Positions 1-8,541 of a DNA stretch of 10,690 nt are shown piece by piece. The translations under genes were made by a program, and so were the position numbers. The stretch lies in assembly GCA_029564175.1 (NCBI GenBank), contig JAKQQL010000182.1:1-10690 (forward strand). The letters are read 5' to 3'. Below the pieces are notes generated by a model. It saw nothing but the letters and a program-made list of their open reading frames with translations. It did no database searches and was not told where the DNA came from. The stretch is from Candidatus Cloacimonadota bacterium (GTDB taxonomy: Bacteria; Cloacimonadota; Cloacimonadia; Cloacimonadales; WRIO01). Numbering within the stretch: the stretch's first letter is position 1; every line of letters begins with the position of its first letter.

Positions 1-1
1 G

Positions 2-1039
2 AAATGCCCGATTTGCTTTGAAGTCATCTTTGCTAAAGAAAAACTGAGAATAGTCAGTCTGCATAAATGTATAATCCGCCTTGTTTAACTGAGGGGCAAA
101 CTGGACATAGTTCAATTCAAATGGCAAACCTGTCTGAAAAGTACTTAAAAGATACTCTTTCCAAAGATTGAATAAGCGTTTACTGTCATCTATACCTGGA
201 TTTTGTTCTGAAGATATATTGAAAGTATTCTGAAATAGAGTAAACTGCTCAAGTTCTTCTTTTCCAAATGGTTCTAAAACAGACCAGTTCTTTTTAGCTT
301 TGTTCATCAATAGTGATAAAGCATAGAATTTTGCAAATGACTTATCATACTCAGTTAAAAGGTGTTTATCATAATCAGGGTATAAGGTCATCGATTTATT
401 TAATCTGAAAAAGTAATGATTTAAGTCAGTCTCTTCAAAATCAATCAAATCGATCCTTCGGTTACCGGTTTGAAACTTATGTATTGAGGCTTTGACATAG
501 CCTGCAGCACCTAAACGTAGAACATTTTTTAACAATGACTGAGATACTAACATGTGAGGCATCAGTAAAATAGCGCCAAAAGCACTGTAATTCCATGGCT
601 TTTTCTCTAAATAGGGTGAAACCCAGTCCAAACGCGTTGAGATAAGGACATAACCCTGAGATCTCGAAAAATACACATCCTTCATACCCAGTGTATCATT
701 CCAAACCTCAATATAGTACTCATCCCATTTAAAAATAATAAACTGACCATTCATATCCTGCCAGTCTATTTCACCCTCAATCAAGCGTTTCCAGTCATTT
801 TTCTCGGCTAATCCGAATCCGGTTTCCTTTGATAAATACCCATTTCCAAGCACTATCCAGCCGGAATTATGTTGATAATCATTATAATGAATGGTTATAG
901 CACTTTTACAACCGCCAAATGCCAGGTAAAATGAAGGATTGATAATCGTATTATCTGTGCTTTTATGAGTTTGAATAAATTTATCAATTTCCCATTTCAA
1001 AAAAGGCTTATGACTTAACACACAGAAGAGCCAACTCAT
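2..1039 (-). CDS. Divergent asparagine synthetase (AsnB)-like / Ntn-hydrolase-fold protein, 3'-truncated by window edge
   Basis: Not in the ORF track. Hand translation from ATG at 1039 (SD GGAGAG at 1045-1050) stays open for 346 codons to the window edge: MSWLFCVLSHKPFLKWEIDKF... It contains DMNGQFIIFKWDEYYIEVWNDTLGMKDVYFSRSQGYVLISTRLDW, resembling the AsnB glutaminase-domain pattern LxGxFAFxxWD...RDxxGxKPLYY...FASE, followed by QSLLKNVLRLGAAG (cf. TxFxxIxxLxPG). The CDS is well supported; the family call is by eye. Confidence 0.65.
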   Translation of the reverse strand, partial: MSWLFCVLSHKPFLKWEIDKFIQTHKSTDNTIINPSFYLAFGGCKSAITIHYNDYQHNSGWIVLGNGYLSKETGFGLAEKNDWKRLIEGEIDWQDMNGQFIIFKWDEYYIEVWNDTLGMKDVYFSRSQGYVLISTRLDWVSPYLEKKPWNYSAFGAILLMPHMLVSQSLLKNVLRLGAAGYVKASIHKFQTGNRRIDLIDFEETDLNHYFFRLNKSMTLYPDYDKHLLTEYDKSFAKFYALSLLMNKAKKNWSVLEPFGKEELEQFTLFQNTFNISSEQNPGIDDSKRLFNLWKEYLLSTFQTGLPFELNYVQFAPQLNKADYTFMQTDYSQFFFSKDDFKANRAF

Positions 1040-1087
1040 TATATCTCTCCATTATTTTTAATACACTGTAAGGATCGTTTATACAGA

Positions 1088-1208
1088 TAAGTTACCAGCT
1101 TGCGAAAAAGTACCGTACTGCAAGCATCCTGCTTGCAGAAAGCTTGTTGTAACGTAAGCTACCAGCTTGTGAAATGAGAAAAACAAGCAGGTTGCTTGTC
1201 CTACAACA
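1088..1208. repeat. Cluster of four REP-like palindromes (GTAN + CAAGC-n-GCTTG hairpin), including an inverted doublet
   Basis: 1115-1138 GTACTGCAAGCA-TCC-TGCTTGCAG (perfect 9-bp stem). 1149-1171 GTAACGTAAGCT-ACC-AGCTTGTG. 1183-1204 on the minus strand GTAGGACAAGCA-ACC-TGCTTGT. Degenerate copy 1088-1107 is 18/20 identical to 1155-1174. Confidence 0.75.
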
Positions 1209-1238
1209 CCCGACTCTACAGATTTTATTCTATCATGT

Positions 1239-1267
1239 AAAAAGAGCAAAGGTTACCCTTTGCTCTT
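1239..1267 (-). terminator. Rho-independent terminator of rpoD / the operon
   Basis: Minus strand AAGAGCAAAGG-GTAA-CCTTTGCTCTT-TTT: perfect 11-bp stem, GNRA loop and T-tract, 12 nt after the rpoD stop. Confidence 0.85.
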
Positions 1268-1279
1268 AAAAATATGCTA

Positions 1280-3022
1280 TTATTGTTTCACATTAAAGTT
1301 TTCAATAAACTGAGTCAGAGTAGCACTTCTGGAAGGATGTCTCAGTTTTCTGAGTGCTTTTTCCTCAATCTGACGAATACGTTCACGGGTCACATTAAAG
1401 ATATTACCCACTTCTTCGAGTGTTCTGTGATGACCATCATCAATCCCAAAACGAAGACGAATCACACGTTCTTCTCTCTGATTGAGTGTCTTTAAGATTT
1501 CATCTACCTGCTTTTTCAAGAGGTTTCTTTCAGCCATTCTTTCTGGAGAAATGGTCGTTTTATCTTCAATGAAATCACCCAGATTACTGTCTTCACTGTC
1601 ATTACCCAGTGGTTTGTCCAGTGAAACCGGTTCTTTGGAAATAGACAGAATATTCTTGATTTTTTCAACTGGAATTTCCAATGCTTCTGCTAATTCATCC
1701 GGATGAGGTTCACGACCCAGTTTTTGCATGAGTTTACGGCTCATACGGTTAATTTTATTTATAGACTCAATCATATGAACAGGTACACGAATTGTTCGTG
1801 CCTGATCCGCAATAGCTCTGGTAATCGCCTGACGAATCCACCAGGTTGCATAGGTAGAAAACTTGTATCCCTTACGATAATCGTACTTGTCAACAGCTCT
1901 CATCAGACCGGTATTACCTTCCTGAATCAAATCCATAAAGTCAAGACCACGATTATTGTATTTCTTGGCAATACTGACCACCAAACGCACATTGGCTTCA
2001 ATCAGCTCATTTTTAGAGCGTTCTTTCATACGTTCAGCACGTTCGATTTCTCGCATGAGATTCATCATTTCATCAGAATTCATACGAGTTTCAAGTTCAA
2101 CACGTCTGATTTTACGACGGGCATTTTTAATCTTTCTCAGTGTTTCTATAAACTGGTTCGGATCGACGCCTGTTTCTACCTGAACTTCGTCAAACTCTTC
2201 ATTTGATTTTTTCGCTTTACGTCCGTAAGCGCAGATATCTTCAATTGAGTATCCTTTAATACGGGCTAAATCGTTGATTTGTTGCTGAGATTCTTCGATA
2301 CGATCGACTAAACTGCGAATTCTGTAAACCATTCTCTTAATCAGTTTTTCATTGAAAACCAATCTTTGAAATGCATTTACGATCTGTTCGCGTTTCTTTT
2401 CAATGACATCGGCAAAAGCCAGCATTTCATCATCTTCATAATCAGCGCTATCAAGCATATCGCCAATTTCATTATAAATCTTTTCAGATTCCTTCAAGAT
2501 GGATTTAAATTCGATCATCAGTTTCTGATCTTGAGTTTTATCAACCCAGCTGCCAAAATCCATTCTGAATATCTGGTCTATTCTGACGCGTTTTTCATTG
2601 AAACGGTATAAGAAATTATACATTTCTCTCAATGTACTTCCGCATTTAAACACATTCTGATTGATCATACGCTGAAAACTATCGATTTTCTTAGCAATAC
2701 GAATTTCACCTTCTCTGTCAAGTAAACTGACTCGTCCCATTTCTTTGAAATACATTTTGACTGGATCGTCGTAGTATTTTCTGTTTACAAACTTCTTTGT
2801 CTGGACATTTTTCTTTACCTGTGCAGCACCTTTGGTGATCTTCTTCTGTGTTTCATCGATGATATCAATGCCCTGTTCTTTCAGGTCAAAGATAATATCA
2901 TCAATCTTGTCTAAAAATAAGGGATTATCAGGGAGTATGTCATTAATCTGCTTGAAAGTAATGTACCCTGTTTCCTTACCGAGTATAAATAATTTTTGAA
3001 TACAATCATTATAACTCAGCAT
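1280..3022 (-). CDS. rpoD: RNA polymerase primary sigma factor RpoD (sigma-70)
   Basis: Region 1.1 ([17 protein letters not shown]), region 1.2 ([17 protein letters not shown]), long non-conserved region, region 2 ([67 protein letters not shown]) and region 4 HTH ([21 protein letters not shown]). SD AAGGAGAG overlaps the dnaG stop. Confidence 0.98.
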   Translation of the reverse strand: MLSYNDCIQKLFILGKETGYITFKQINDILPDNPLFLDKIDDIIFDLKEQGIDIIDETQKKITKGAAQVKKNVQTKKFVNRKYYDDPVKMYFKEMGRVSLLDREGEIRIAKKIDSFQRMINQNVFKCGSTLREMYNFLYRFNEKRVRIDQIFRMDFGSWVDKTQDQKLMIEFKSILKESEKIYNEIGDMLDSADYEDDEMLAFADVIEKKREQIVNAFQRLVFNEKLIKRMVYRIRSLVDRIEESQQQINDLARIKGYSIEDICAYGRKAKKSNEEFDEVQVETGVDPNQFIETLRKIKNARRKIRRVELETRMNSDEMMNLMREIERAERMKERSKNELIEANVRLVVSIAKKYNNRGLDFMDLIQEGNTGLMRAVDKYDYRKGYKFSTYATWWIRQAITRAIADQARTIRVPVHMIESINKINRMSRKLMQKLGREPHPDELAEALEIPVEKIKNILSISKEPVSLDKPLGNDSEDSNLGDFIEDKTTISPERMAERNLLKKQVDEILKTLNQREERVIRLRFGIDDGHHRTLEEVGNIFNVTRERIRQIEEKALRKLRHPSRSATLTQFIENFNVKQ

Positions 3023-3031
3023 GTACTCTCC

Positions 3032-4762
3032 TTAAAATAAAGTTTTGTGAACAACAGTGTTTGAAAGTGCCTGAATCTCTTTTTTGAGAAACAGCTTTCT
3101 TTCAAACAATTCAGCTTCGTCCGGGTTATTTGATATTTCTTCATTTATCCTTTTTATGTCTTCCTGATATTTTCGTAATTTGATCTGTTTGATCAAATCG
3201 TCAATATCGAATTGATATTCCTCTGCGAATAAAAGAGTTGAGATCTCATTTCTCAATTCTTCATCTTCGAACTGATTCAGCATAACTGCTGAATTATCAA
3301 TATAATTTAAATCTTGATTTTCTGTCAAGAATTTAAATATCTTTTTTGAGTCTTCATTGATAAAATAATCACAATCAAGCGCTGATGCAACTTTTTTTAA
3401 TAATTCTTTGTTTTTTAACACACATTGAAGCAATTTTTCTTCTTCTATATGTCTTTTTCGTTTGATTTCCTTCTTAACAGGTGCTGAATCCTGTTTCTCA
3501 TAATGTGGTCGTCTGGCTGCTTTCTGGCGTAAACTACTCTCCTGTACATTAAAAGATTCACTGATATCTTTGATAAACAAATCCTGTTGCACTGGGTCTG
3601 TTATATCTCGTGAAATCTCCAGCAGATTATCAATCGCCTCTCGGGTATCAACCAGATTTTTATTTAGTTTTAAAAACTCTGTAAGCGTGAAAGCATTATC
3701 TATCAAATGTTGAAGGGCTTCAGGCGGATTTTTGATTAAGAAAGAATCAGGGTCTTCTTCGCCAGGTAAACTGATAATTTTGACATTAAGTCCTTTTTTA
3801 ATCACTATTCCAGCTGCTTTTATTGCAGCATTTTTTCCTGCTTTATCTCCATCGTAGAGCATATAGACCTGTTTAGCATAACGACTGATCAACTGAACCT
3901 GCTCATCAGTCAACGCTGTACCCAGTGAGGCTACTGTATTGTTAAAGCCATTATCCCACATTCTTAAAAAATCCATATAGCCTTCTACAACGATAGCTGC
4001 ATGCTTTTTTGAAATATCAAAGCGTGAATGATTTAACCCATACAATTCTCTGCCTTTGGTATAAATCGCTGTTGTTGGAGAATTGATATATTTACCCAGT
4101 TTCTCCTGTTCTGCAGTTATAGCTCTTGCCCCATAAGCCACAATCTTACCGTTGGCAGTGCAGATTGGGAACATGATACGATCACGAAACATATCATAGC
4201 TTTTATCTTCTTTTACTTTGAAAAGCCCTGTTTCAGCCAAAATATCATCATTGATAAAGTTCTTTTTTAAATAGCTTTTCAAAGCAGAAAAACTGTCCAG
4301 AGAATAACCAATAGAAAACTTTTGAATAGTCTCCTCTGATATATCACGACTTGTCAGATACTTCCTGGCAAAAGATCCATGCTTCTTCAGATTTTCAACA
4401 AAAAAGTCATTGGCAAGACTGTATATTTTGTAGATAAGCTCAGTCTTTGAATTCTTTTCTTTCTTTTGAGGGCTATCGGGTATTTGAAGATTTATTCTGT
4501 CTGCCAGTTTTTTAACCGCATCAATATAAGATATCTTCTCATAATCACGTACAAAAGTGATTACATTTCCGCCCTTTCCACATCCAAAGCAATGATAGAT
4601 TTGTTTCGCTTCACTTACCATAAATGAGCCTGTTTTTTCCTCATGAAAGGGACATCTTGCTTTGTAGTTGGAACCTGAACGCTTTAAACTCAGATACGAT
4701 CCGACCACATCTACTATATTTACATTTTGTAATATAGTAGAGATAAATTTTTCATCTATCAT
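3032..4762 (-). CDS. dnaG: DNA primase
   Basis: CHC2 zinc finger (CPFHEEKTGSF...YHCFGCGKGG), FRDRIMFPI, KYINSPTT, TOPRIM motifs (VVEGYMD, ASLGTALT, YDGDKAG) and DPDSF. Lies directly upstream of rpoD. Confidence 0.98.
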   Translation of the reverse strand: MIDEKFISTILQNVNIVDVVGSYLSLKRSGSNYKARCPFHEEKTGSFMVSEAKQIYHCFGCGKGGNVITFVRDYEKISYIDAVKKLADRINLQIPDSPQKKEKNSKTELIYKIYSLANDFFVENLKKHGSFARKYLTSRDISEETIQKFSIGYSLDSFSALKSYLKKNFINDDILAETGLFKVKEDKSYDMFRDRIMFPICTANGKIVAYGARAITAEQEKLGKYINSPTTAIYTKGRELYGLNHSRFDISKKHAAIVVEGYMDFLRMWDNGFNNTVASLGTALTDEQVQLISRYAKQVYMLYDGDKAGKNAAIKAAGIVIKKGLNVKIISLPGEEDPDSFLIKNPPEALQHLIDNAFTLTEFLKLNKNLVDTREAIDNLLEISRDITDPVQQDLFIKDISESFNVQESSLRQKAARRPHYEKQDSAPVKKEIKRKRHIEEEKLLQCVLKNKELLKKVASALDCDYFINEDSKKIFKFLTENQDLNYIDNSAVMLNQFEDEELRNEISTLLFAEEYQFDIDDLIKQIKLRKYQEDIKRINEEISNNPDEAELFERKLFLKKEIQALSNTVVHKTLF

Positions 4763-7113
4763 GAAACACAGACCACAGTTACGCCATCACCACCCGCTTC
4801 CGGAGGTGGGGCAAAAAAGTCAGTTACACGTTTATTCTTTTTAAGCCAGGCTCTGATTTTCTTTCTCAGAATACCTGTACCTTTGCCATGAACGATTCGT
4901 ATCCGGTTCAAACGGTTTACAATGGCATTATCAATAAATTCATCGATTAGAGGAATTGCCTCATCAAAGGTTAAACCCAACACTTTAAGCTCAAGTTTGG
5001 CAGTAGGTTTATCTCCTACATTTTTGTTACTGACTAATACTTCCTGAGGTTGGTTTTTAGCCTGCTGTAAAATCAGATTGGTTAATGGAACATTAAAAAA
5101 GATACCATTCATATCAACCTTAGCGATGTCTTTATTAATCTCCATCACAGTTGCCAGTGTATCCAGCTTTTTTAGCCAGACAATAGAACCAATATCAATT
5201 TTTTCATTGGTCAACATACTGTTTTTATGTGCTATCAGACTATCCGCCTGATCATGTAATTCACTTTGTATATGAGTTGCTTTTCTTAAAACATCTTCAA
5301 GCTTCTGTTTCTTCTCTTCTCTATTGAGTTTTCGTATTTCATCAATCTCTCTGATTAACTCTTTTTGAATATGCACAAACTCATCATTTGCCTTTAAAAC
5401 AGCTTCTCTGAGCAGTTTTTTCTTCTGAGCTTCCATTTCGTCTGTTTTTGTCTCATGTTCTTTGATTCGTTGTTCAAGCAGTCTGGTTTTTAATTCAAAT
5501 TGATAACTTGCCTGGCTCAATTTCTTCTTTTCTTCTGTTATTTTTGCCAGCAGATGGGTTAATTCTACACTCTGGTTTCCGGCAAGCAGTTTTGCTTTTG
5601 CAATGACATCTTCAGAAATACCCAATCGTGCTGCAATTTCAATGGCAAAACTATGTCCGGGCATACCAAACTGGAATTGGAAAGTAGGCTGATGACTCTT
5701 TGAATCAAACTGCATGGAAGCATTTACACAGCTGTCTGATTGTTCTGCAAATATCTTTAAAGCAGTATAATGGGTAGTGATAATTCCGGTTACTTTCTGA
5801 CTAACCAGTTTTTCCAAAACCGCCTGCGCTAATGCTGAGCCTTGCTCCGGATCAGTAGCCGAGCCAATTTCATCGACAAGTACCAAAGTATTTTCGTCGC
5901 CATTATCAAGCATTTCAGAGATATTTTTAATATGAGCAGAGAAACTGCTTAAATATGACTCGATAGATTGATTATCACCTATATCAGCATAAACTTTATC
6001 ATAACAGCCAATTTTTGAATAAGAATCACAAGGCACAGGTAATCCGGAATGAGCCATCAATGTCAATAAACCGATTGTTTTTAAAGTAATGGTTTTACCG
6101 CCGGTATTTGGACCTGAAATCAACAATATCTTATTTTCATGACCTAATTTTAGGTTAAAAGGGATTACTTTCTGAAAATCTTTAAACTGAATAATTAGGA
6201 GAGGGTGTCTTGCTTTAATCAACTCAATATAGGGTTCATCAACAAATTCAGGGATTGAAGCCATGATTCGGTTTGAAAAGCGTGCAGTTGCAAATTCAGA
6301 ATCCATTTCCCCCAGAATTTTAGAATTTTCGTAGATTTGATCTTTTACATCAAAAATTTGCTGACTATACTCACAGAATATGCGGTAAATCTCTCTCTTT
6401 TCATCGCTATCCAGTTTGTTAAGCTCATTGTTCAGTCCAACGACCTGCTTGGGTTCAAAATAGACAGAAGACTGACTACCGGAGCGACCATGAGAAATAC
6501 CATCCATAAAACCGGTTGCGCCTTCTTTCAGAAGAATGACATACCGATCATCACGATTGGTTATAATCTTCTCCTGGATAAAGTTTTCCCATTGCTGATC
6601 TCTTTGGATACCACCCAGTTCTTTGACAATGTTTTCTCTAAGCTGTCTTTTTCGTTTTCTAATAGCGAAAAGCGCTTTGGAAGCACTATCAAGCACTTCA
6701 CCTTCCGGAGAAAAAATTTCATTAAATCTTTTTTCGAGATAGTGATAGGCACTTAATTTCGCTACTTTTCTGCGAAATATGGGGAAATCAGTAAAGTTAT
6801 CCAGATCAGAGCTGATCAGATTGGCAATTGAAACACAGTGAATAATAGGTTGAAACTCCTCAAAACTATAGGAGTTATGTTTCCATTCAACAAGCAATTC
6901 GGTCAGATCACTCAGATTTTCAAACAGATAATTATAACCGTGAATGGATAATTTTTGCAATTCTCCTATGAGGTTGATTTTCTGTAATTTTATTTTTTTA
7001 TCTTTTAAGGGAGAAATTTGAGCAGTGATGAGTTTACCGGCATTGCTGTGACATTCGTTTTTGATTAAATCAATAATTTTGTAGAATTCAAGATGATAAT
7101 AAGTATTTTCCAT
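4759..7113 (-). CDS. mutS2: Endonuclease MutS2 (ribosome-collision sensor RqcU family)
   Basis: ARHPLL, Walker A SGPNTGGKT, DIGDNQSIE..LSSFSAH, Walker B LVDEIGSATDPEQG, TTHY, coiled coil, KOW-like segment (IDIGSIVWLKKL) and C-terminal Smr domain (IVHGKGTGILRK...GGDGVTVV). Stop overlaps the dnaG start (ATGA). Confidence 0.96.
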   Translation of the reverse strand: MENTYYHLEFYKIIDLIKNECHSNAGKLITAQISPLKDKKIKLQKINLIGELQKLSIHGYNYLFENLSDLTELLVEWKHNSYSFEEFQPIIHCVSIANLISSDLDNFTDFPIFRRKVAKLSAYHYLEKRFNEIFSPEGEVLDSASKALFAIRKRKRQLRENIVKELGGIQRDQQWENFIQEKIITNRDDRYVILLKEGATGFMDGISHGRSGSQSSVYFEPKQVVGLNNELNKLDSDEKREIYRIFCEYSQQIFDVKDQIYENSKILGEMDSEFATARFSNRIMASIPEFVDEPYIELIKARHPLLIIQFKDFQKVIPFNLKLGHENKILLISGPNTGGKTITLKTIGLLTLMAHSGLPVPCDSYSKIGCYDKVYADIGDNQSIESYLSSFSAHIKNISEMLDNGDENTLVLVDEIGSATDPEQGSALAQAVLEKLVSQKVTGIITTHYTALKIFAEQSDSCVNASMQFDSKSHQPTFQFQFGMPGHSFAIEIAARLGISEDVIAKAKLLAGNQSVELTHLLAKITEEKKKLSQASYQFELKTRLLEQRIKEHETKTDEMEAQKKKLLREAVLKANDEFVHIQKELIREIDEIRKLNREEKKQKLEDVLRKATHIQSELHDQADSLIAHKNSMLTNEKIDIGSIVWLKKLDTLATVMEINKDIAKVDMNGIFFNVPLTNLILQQAKNQPQEVLVSNKNVGDKPTAKLELKVLGLTFDEAIPLIDEFIDNAIVNRLNRIRIVHGKGTGILRKKIRAWLKKNKRVTDFFAPPPEAGGDGVTVVCVS

Positions 7114-7135
7114 AGTATATTTTATCTTACTTTGT

Positions 7136-7669
7136 TTAACGACCTGCCTGGTCGCTTGATGCTTTTAATTTATCTTTTTGGTTTTTATATTGTTTGATTA
7201 AACCAGGTTTTATCGTATGTTTGATTTTCTGAGTTTCCTGAATAATCACTGATTGATTCATCCATTTTTGGATTGGTTTTGTAAAGGGAAAGAATTCAAT
7301 GATGGCAATCAGAATAATTAAGACGATTATTGCATTTAAAAAACCTAACAATGCACCAAAACAACGATTTAGAAATGTTAAAGACATCATGTTTGCTACC
7401 TGATTAAGTAATATCGTCATCAGGTTTGCCAATATGGCAATCATAATAAAAATGAGTAAATACGCAAGAGAATTGGCAAAAAAAGAACCGATCGGAAATT
7501 TGTTCATAATGCCAGTTTTAACCATTGGGGCATAACGAATAATCAATACACTTGTAGCAGCTAGTCCAACCCAATGTATTAAAGAAGCGATCAGCCCTTT
7601 ACGATATCCATGGTATAAGGCTGATAGAAAAAAAGCAATTAAAATGATGTTTAATATACTGAAATTCAT
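7136..7669 (-). CDS. cvpA: CvpA family (colicin V production) membrane protein
   Basis: Four hydrophobic segments, GYRKGLI near the N-terminus and LNRCFGALLGFL motif typical of CvpA. SD AGGAGA upstream. Adjacent to mutS2, a known linkage. Confidence 0.88.
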   Translation of the reverse strand: MNFSILNIILIAFFLSALYHGYRKGLIASLIHWVGLAATSVLIIRYAPMVKTGIMNKFPIGSFFANSLAYLLIFIMIAILANLMTILLNQVANMMSLTFLNRCFGALLGFLNAIIVLIILIAIIEFFPFTKPIQKWMNQSVIIQETQKIKHTIKPGLIKQYKNQKDKLKASSDQAGR

Positions 7670-7724
7670 AAAATCTCCTGATATTATCCCTGATTGTTTA
7701 TCACTTGTGTCATGCGTAAAGTTG

Positions 7725-7747
7725 AAAAAAGGGGATTTTCATCCCCT
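7725..7747 (-). terminator. Intra-operon intrinsic terminator after yqeY
   Basis: Minus strand AGGGGAT-GAAA-ATCCCCT-TTTTT: 7-bp stem, GAAA tetraloop and T-run, starting 5 nt after the yqeY stop. Confidence 0.85.
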
Positions 7748-7752
7748 CTATT

Positions 7753-8190
7753 TTAAGATAATCTGAGTTTCACTTTAGAGCTGATAGCCGATCCATCAGC
7801 ACGAGAACCAACTCGTTCTTTGACGGTCTTAATAACAGCACCCATTTCTTTGATCGTTGTGGCATTTAACTCGGCAATGACTTCGTCAATCACCTGAGTC
7901 AGCTCATCATCAGTCAAAGCTTGTGGCAGATATTGCTTTAAGACCTCAATTTCTTTTTCGCCTTTTTCGACCAGATCCAGACGATTGCCCTGACGGAACA
8001 TATCGTTCGCCTGTTCTCTGCCTTTTATGGCTTTTTGAATGACAACAATTATCTCATCATCACTCAAAGGATGTAGTAATTCAATCTCTTTATTCTTGAC
8101 ATCCGTCTTTATCATTCGGATAACTTCGAGTCTGAGCTCATCCTTCTGACGCATTGCGTCTTTGAGGTCACTGTTTAAACGATTAAGCAT
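7753..8190 (-). CDS. yqeY: GatB/YqeY domain protein
   Basis: LNSDLKDAMRQKDELRLEVIRMIK...KEIE...GNRLDLVEK...YLPQALT...KEMGAVIK...GSRADGS matches YqeY. Canonical position after rpsU, with TAATG stop/start overlap at 8190. Confidence 0.93.
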   Translation of the reverse strand: MLNRLNSDLKDAMRQKDELRLEVIRMIKTDVKNKEIELLHPLSDDEIIVVIQKAIKGREQANDMFRQGNRLDLVEKGEKEIEVLKQYLPQALTDDELTQVIDEVIAELNATTIKEMGAVIKTVKERVGSRADGSAISSKVKLRLS

Positions 8191-8393
8191 TAGCTATACC
8201 TTTCCATTTTACGGGTAAGTTTCACCATTTTTCTTCTGGCAACGTTCTCTTTTCTTTTACGAGCTACGCTTGGTTTTTCGAAAGCTTGATGTTTCTTAAT
8301 TTCTGATAAGATCGCAACTTTTTCGCATTTTTTCTTGAAACGTTTCAAGGTAATTTCGAAAGGTTCAGTTTCTTTAGCGATTACTGTAGGCAT
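8190..8393 (-). CDS. rpsU: 30S ribosomal protein S21 (bS21)
   Basis: MPTVIAKETEPFEITLKRFKKKCEKVAILSEIKKHQAFEKPSVARKRK is the bS21 signature. The true start is ATG at 8393 behind a strong SD AAAGGAGGTG, not the ORF-track start at 8417. 67 aa. Confidence 0.96.
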   Translation of the reverse strand: MPTVIAKETEPFEITLKRFKKKCEKVAILSEIKKHQAFEKPSVARKRKENVARRKMVKLTRKMERYS

Positions 8394-8465
8394 TTGTTCA
8401 CCTCCTTTCAATTCCAAACTTATTCAGCTTCAATGTATTACACTTTAAAACTGATTATTTTTTGT

Positions 8466-8494
8466 ATTAAAAATTTTTCCTACTTTTTTGTCAA
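8466..8494 (-). promoter_or_regulatory. Putative sigma-70 promoter of the rpsU operon
   Basis: Minus strand TTGACA (8494-8489), 17-nt spacer, TTTAAT (8471-8466), about 70 nt upstream of the rpsU start, with AT-rich sequence upstream. Confidence 0.6.
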
Positions 8495-8541
8495 GCATAA
8501 CTTTACGTATTTTAATTTAAGATTTTGTTTTTCATGAAACT

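Noticed and set aside
1040..1279. tRNA downstream of rpoD, as seen in many bacteria
   Set aside because: No cloverleaf, T-loop GTTCRA or CCA end was found. The hairpins are explained by the terminator and REP-like repeats.
1274..2611. Five plus-strand ORFs (1274-1495, 1482-1706, 1703-2206, 1956-2183, 2366-2611)
   Set aside because: All are antisense shadows of the highly conserved rpoD gene, with no recognisable protein features.
6337..6756. ORFs 6337-6756 (+) and 6561-6752 (-)
   Set aside because: Both lie entirely within mutS2 (antisense or alternate frame) with no independent support.
8394..8417. N-terminal extension MELKGGEQ of rpsU in the ORF track
   Set aside because: This stretch is the Shine-Dalgarno region (AAAGGAGGTG). 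The ATG at 8393 gives a normal bS21 N-terminus.
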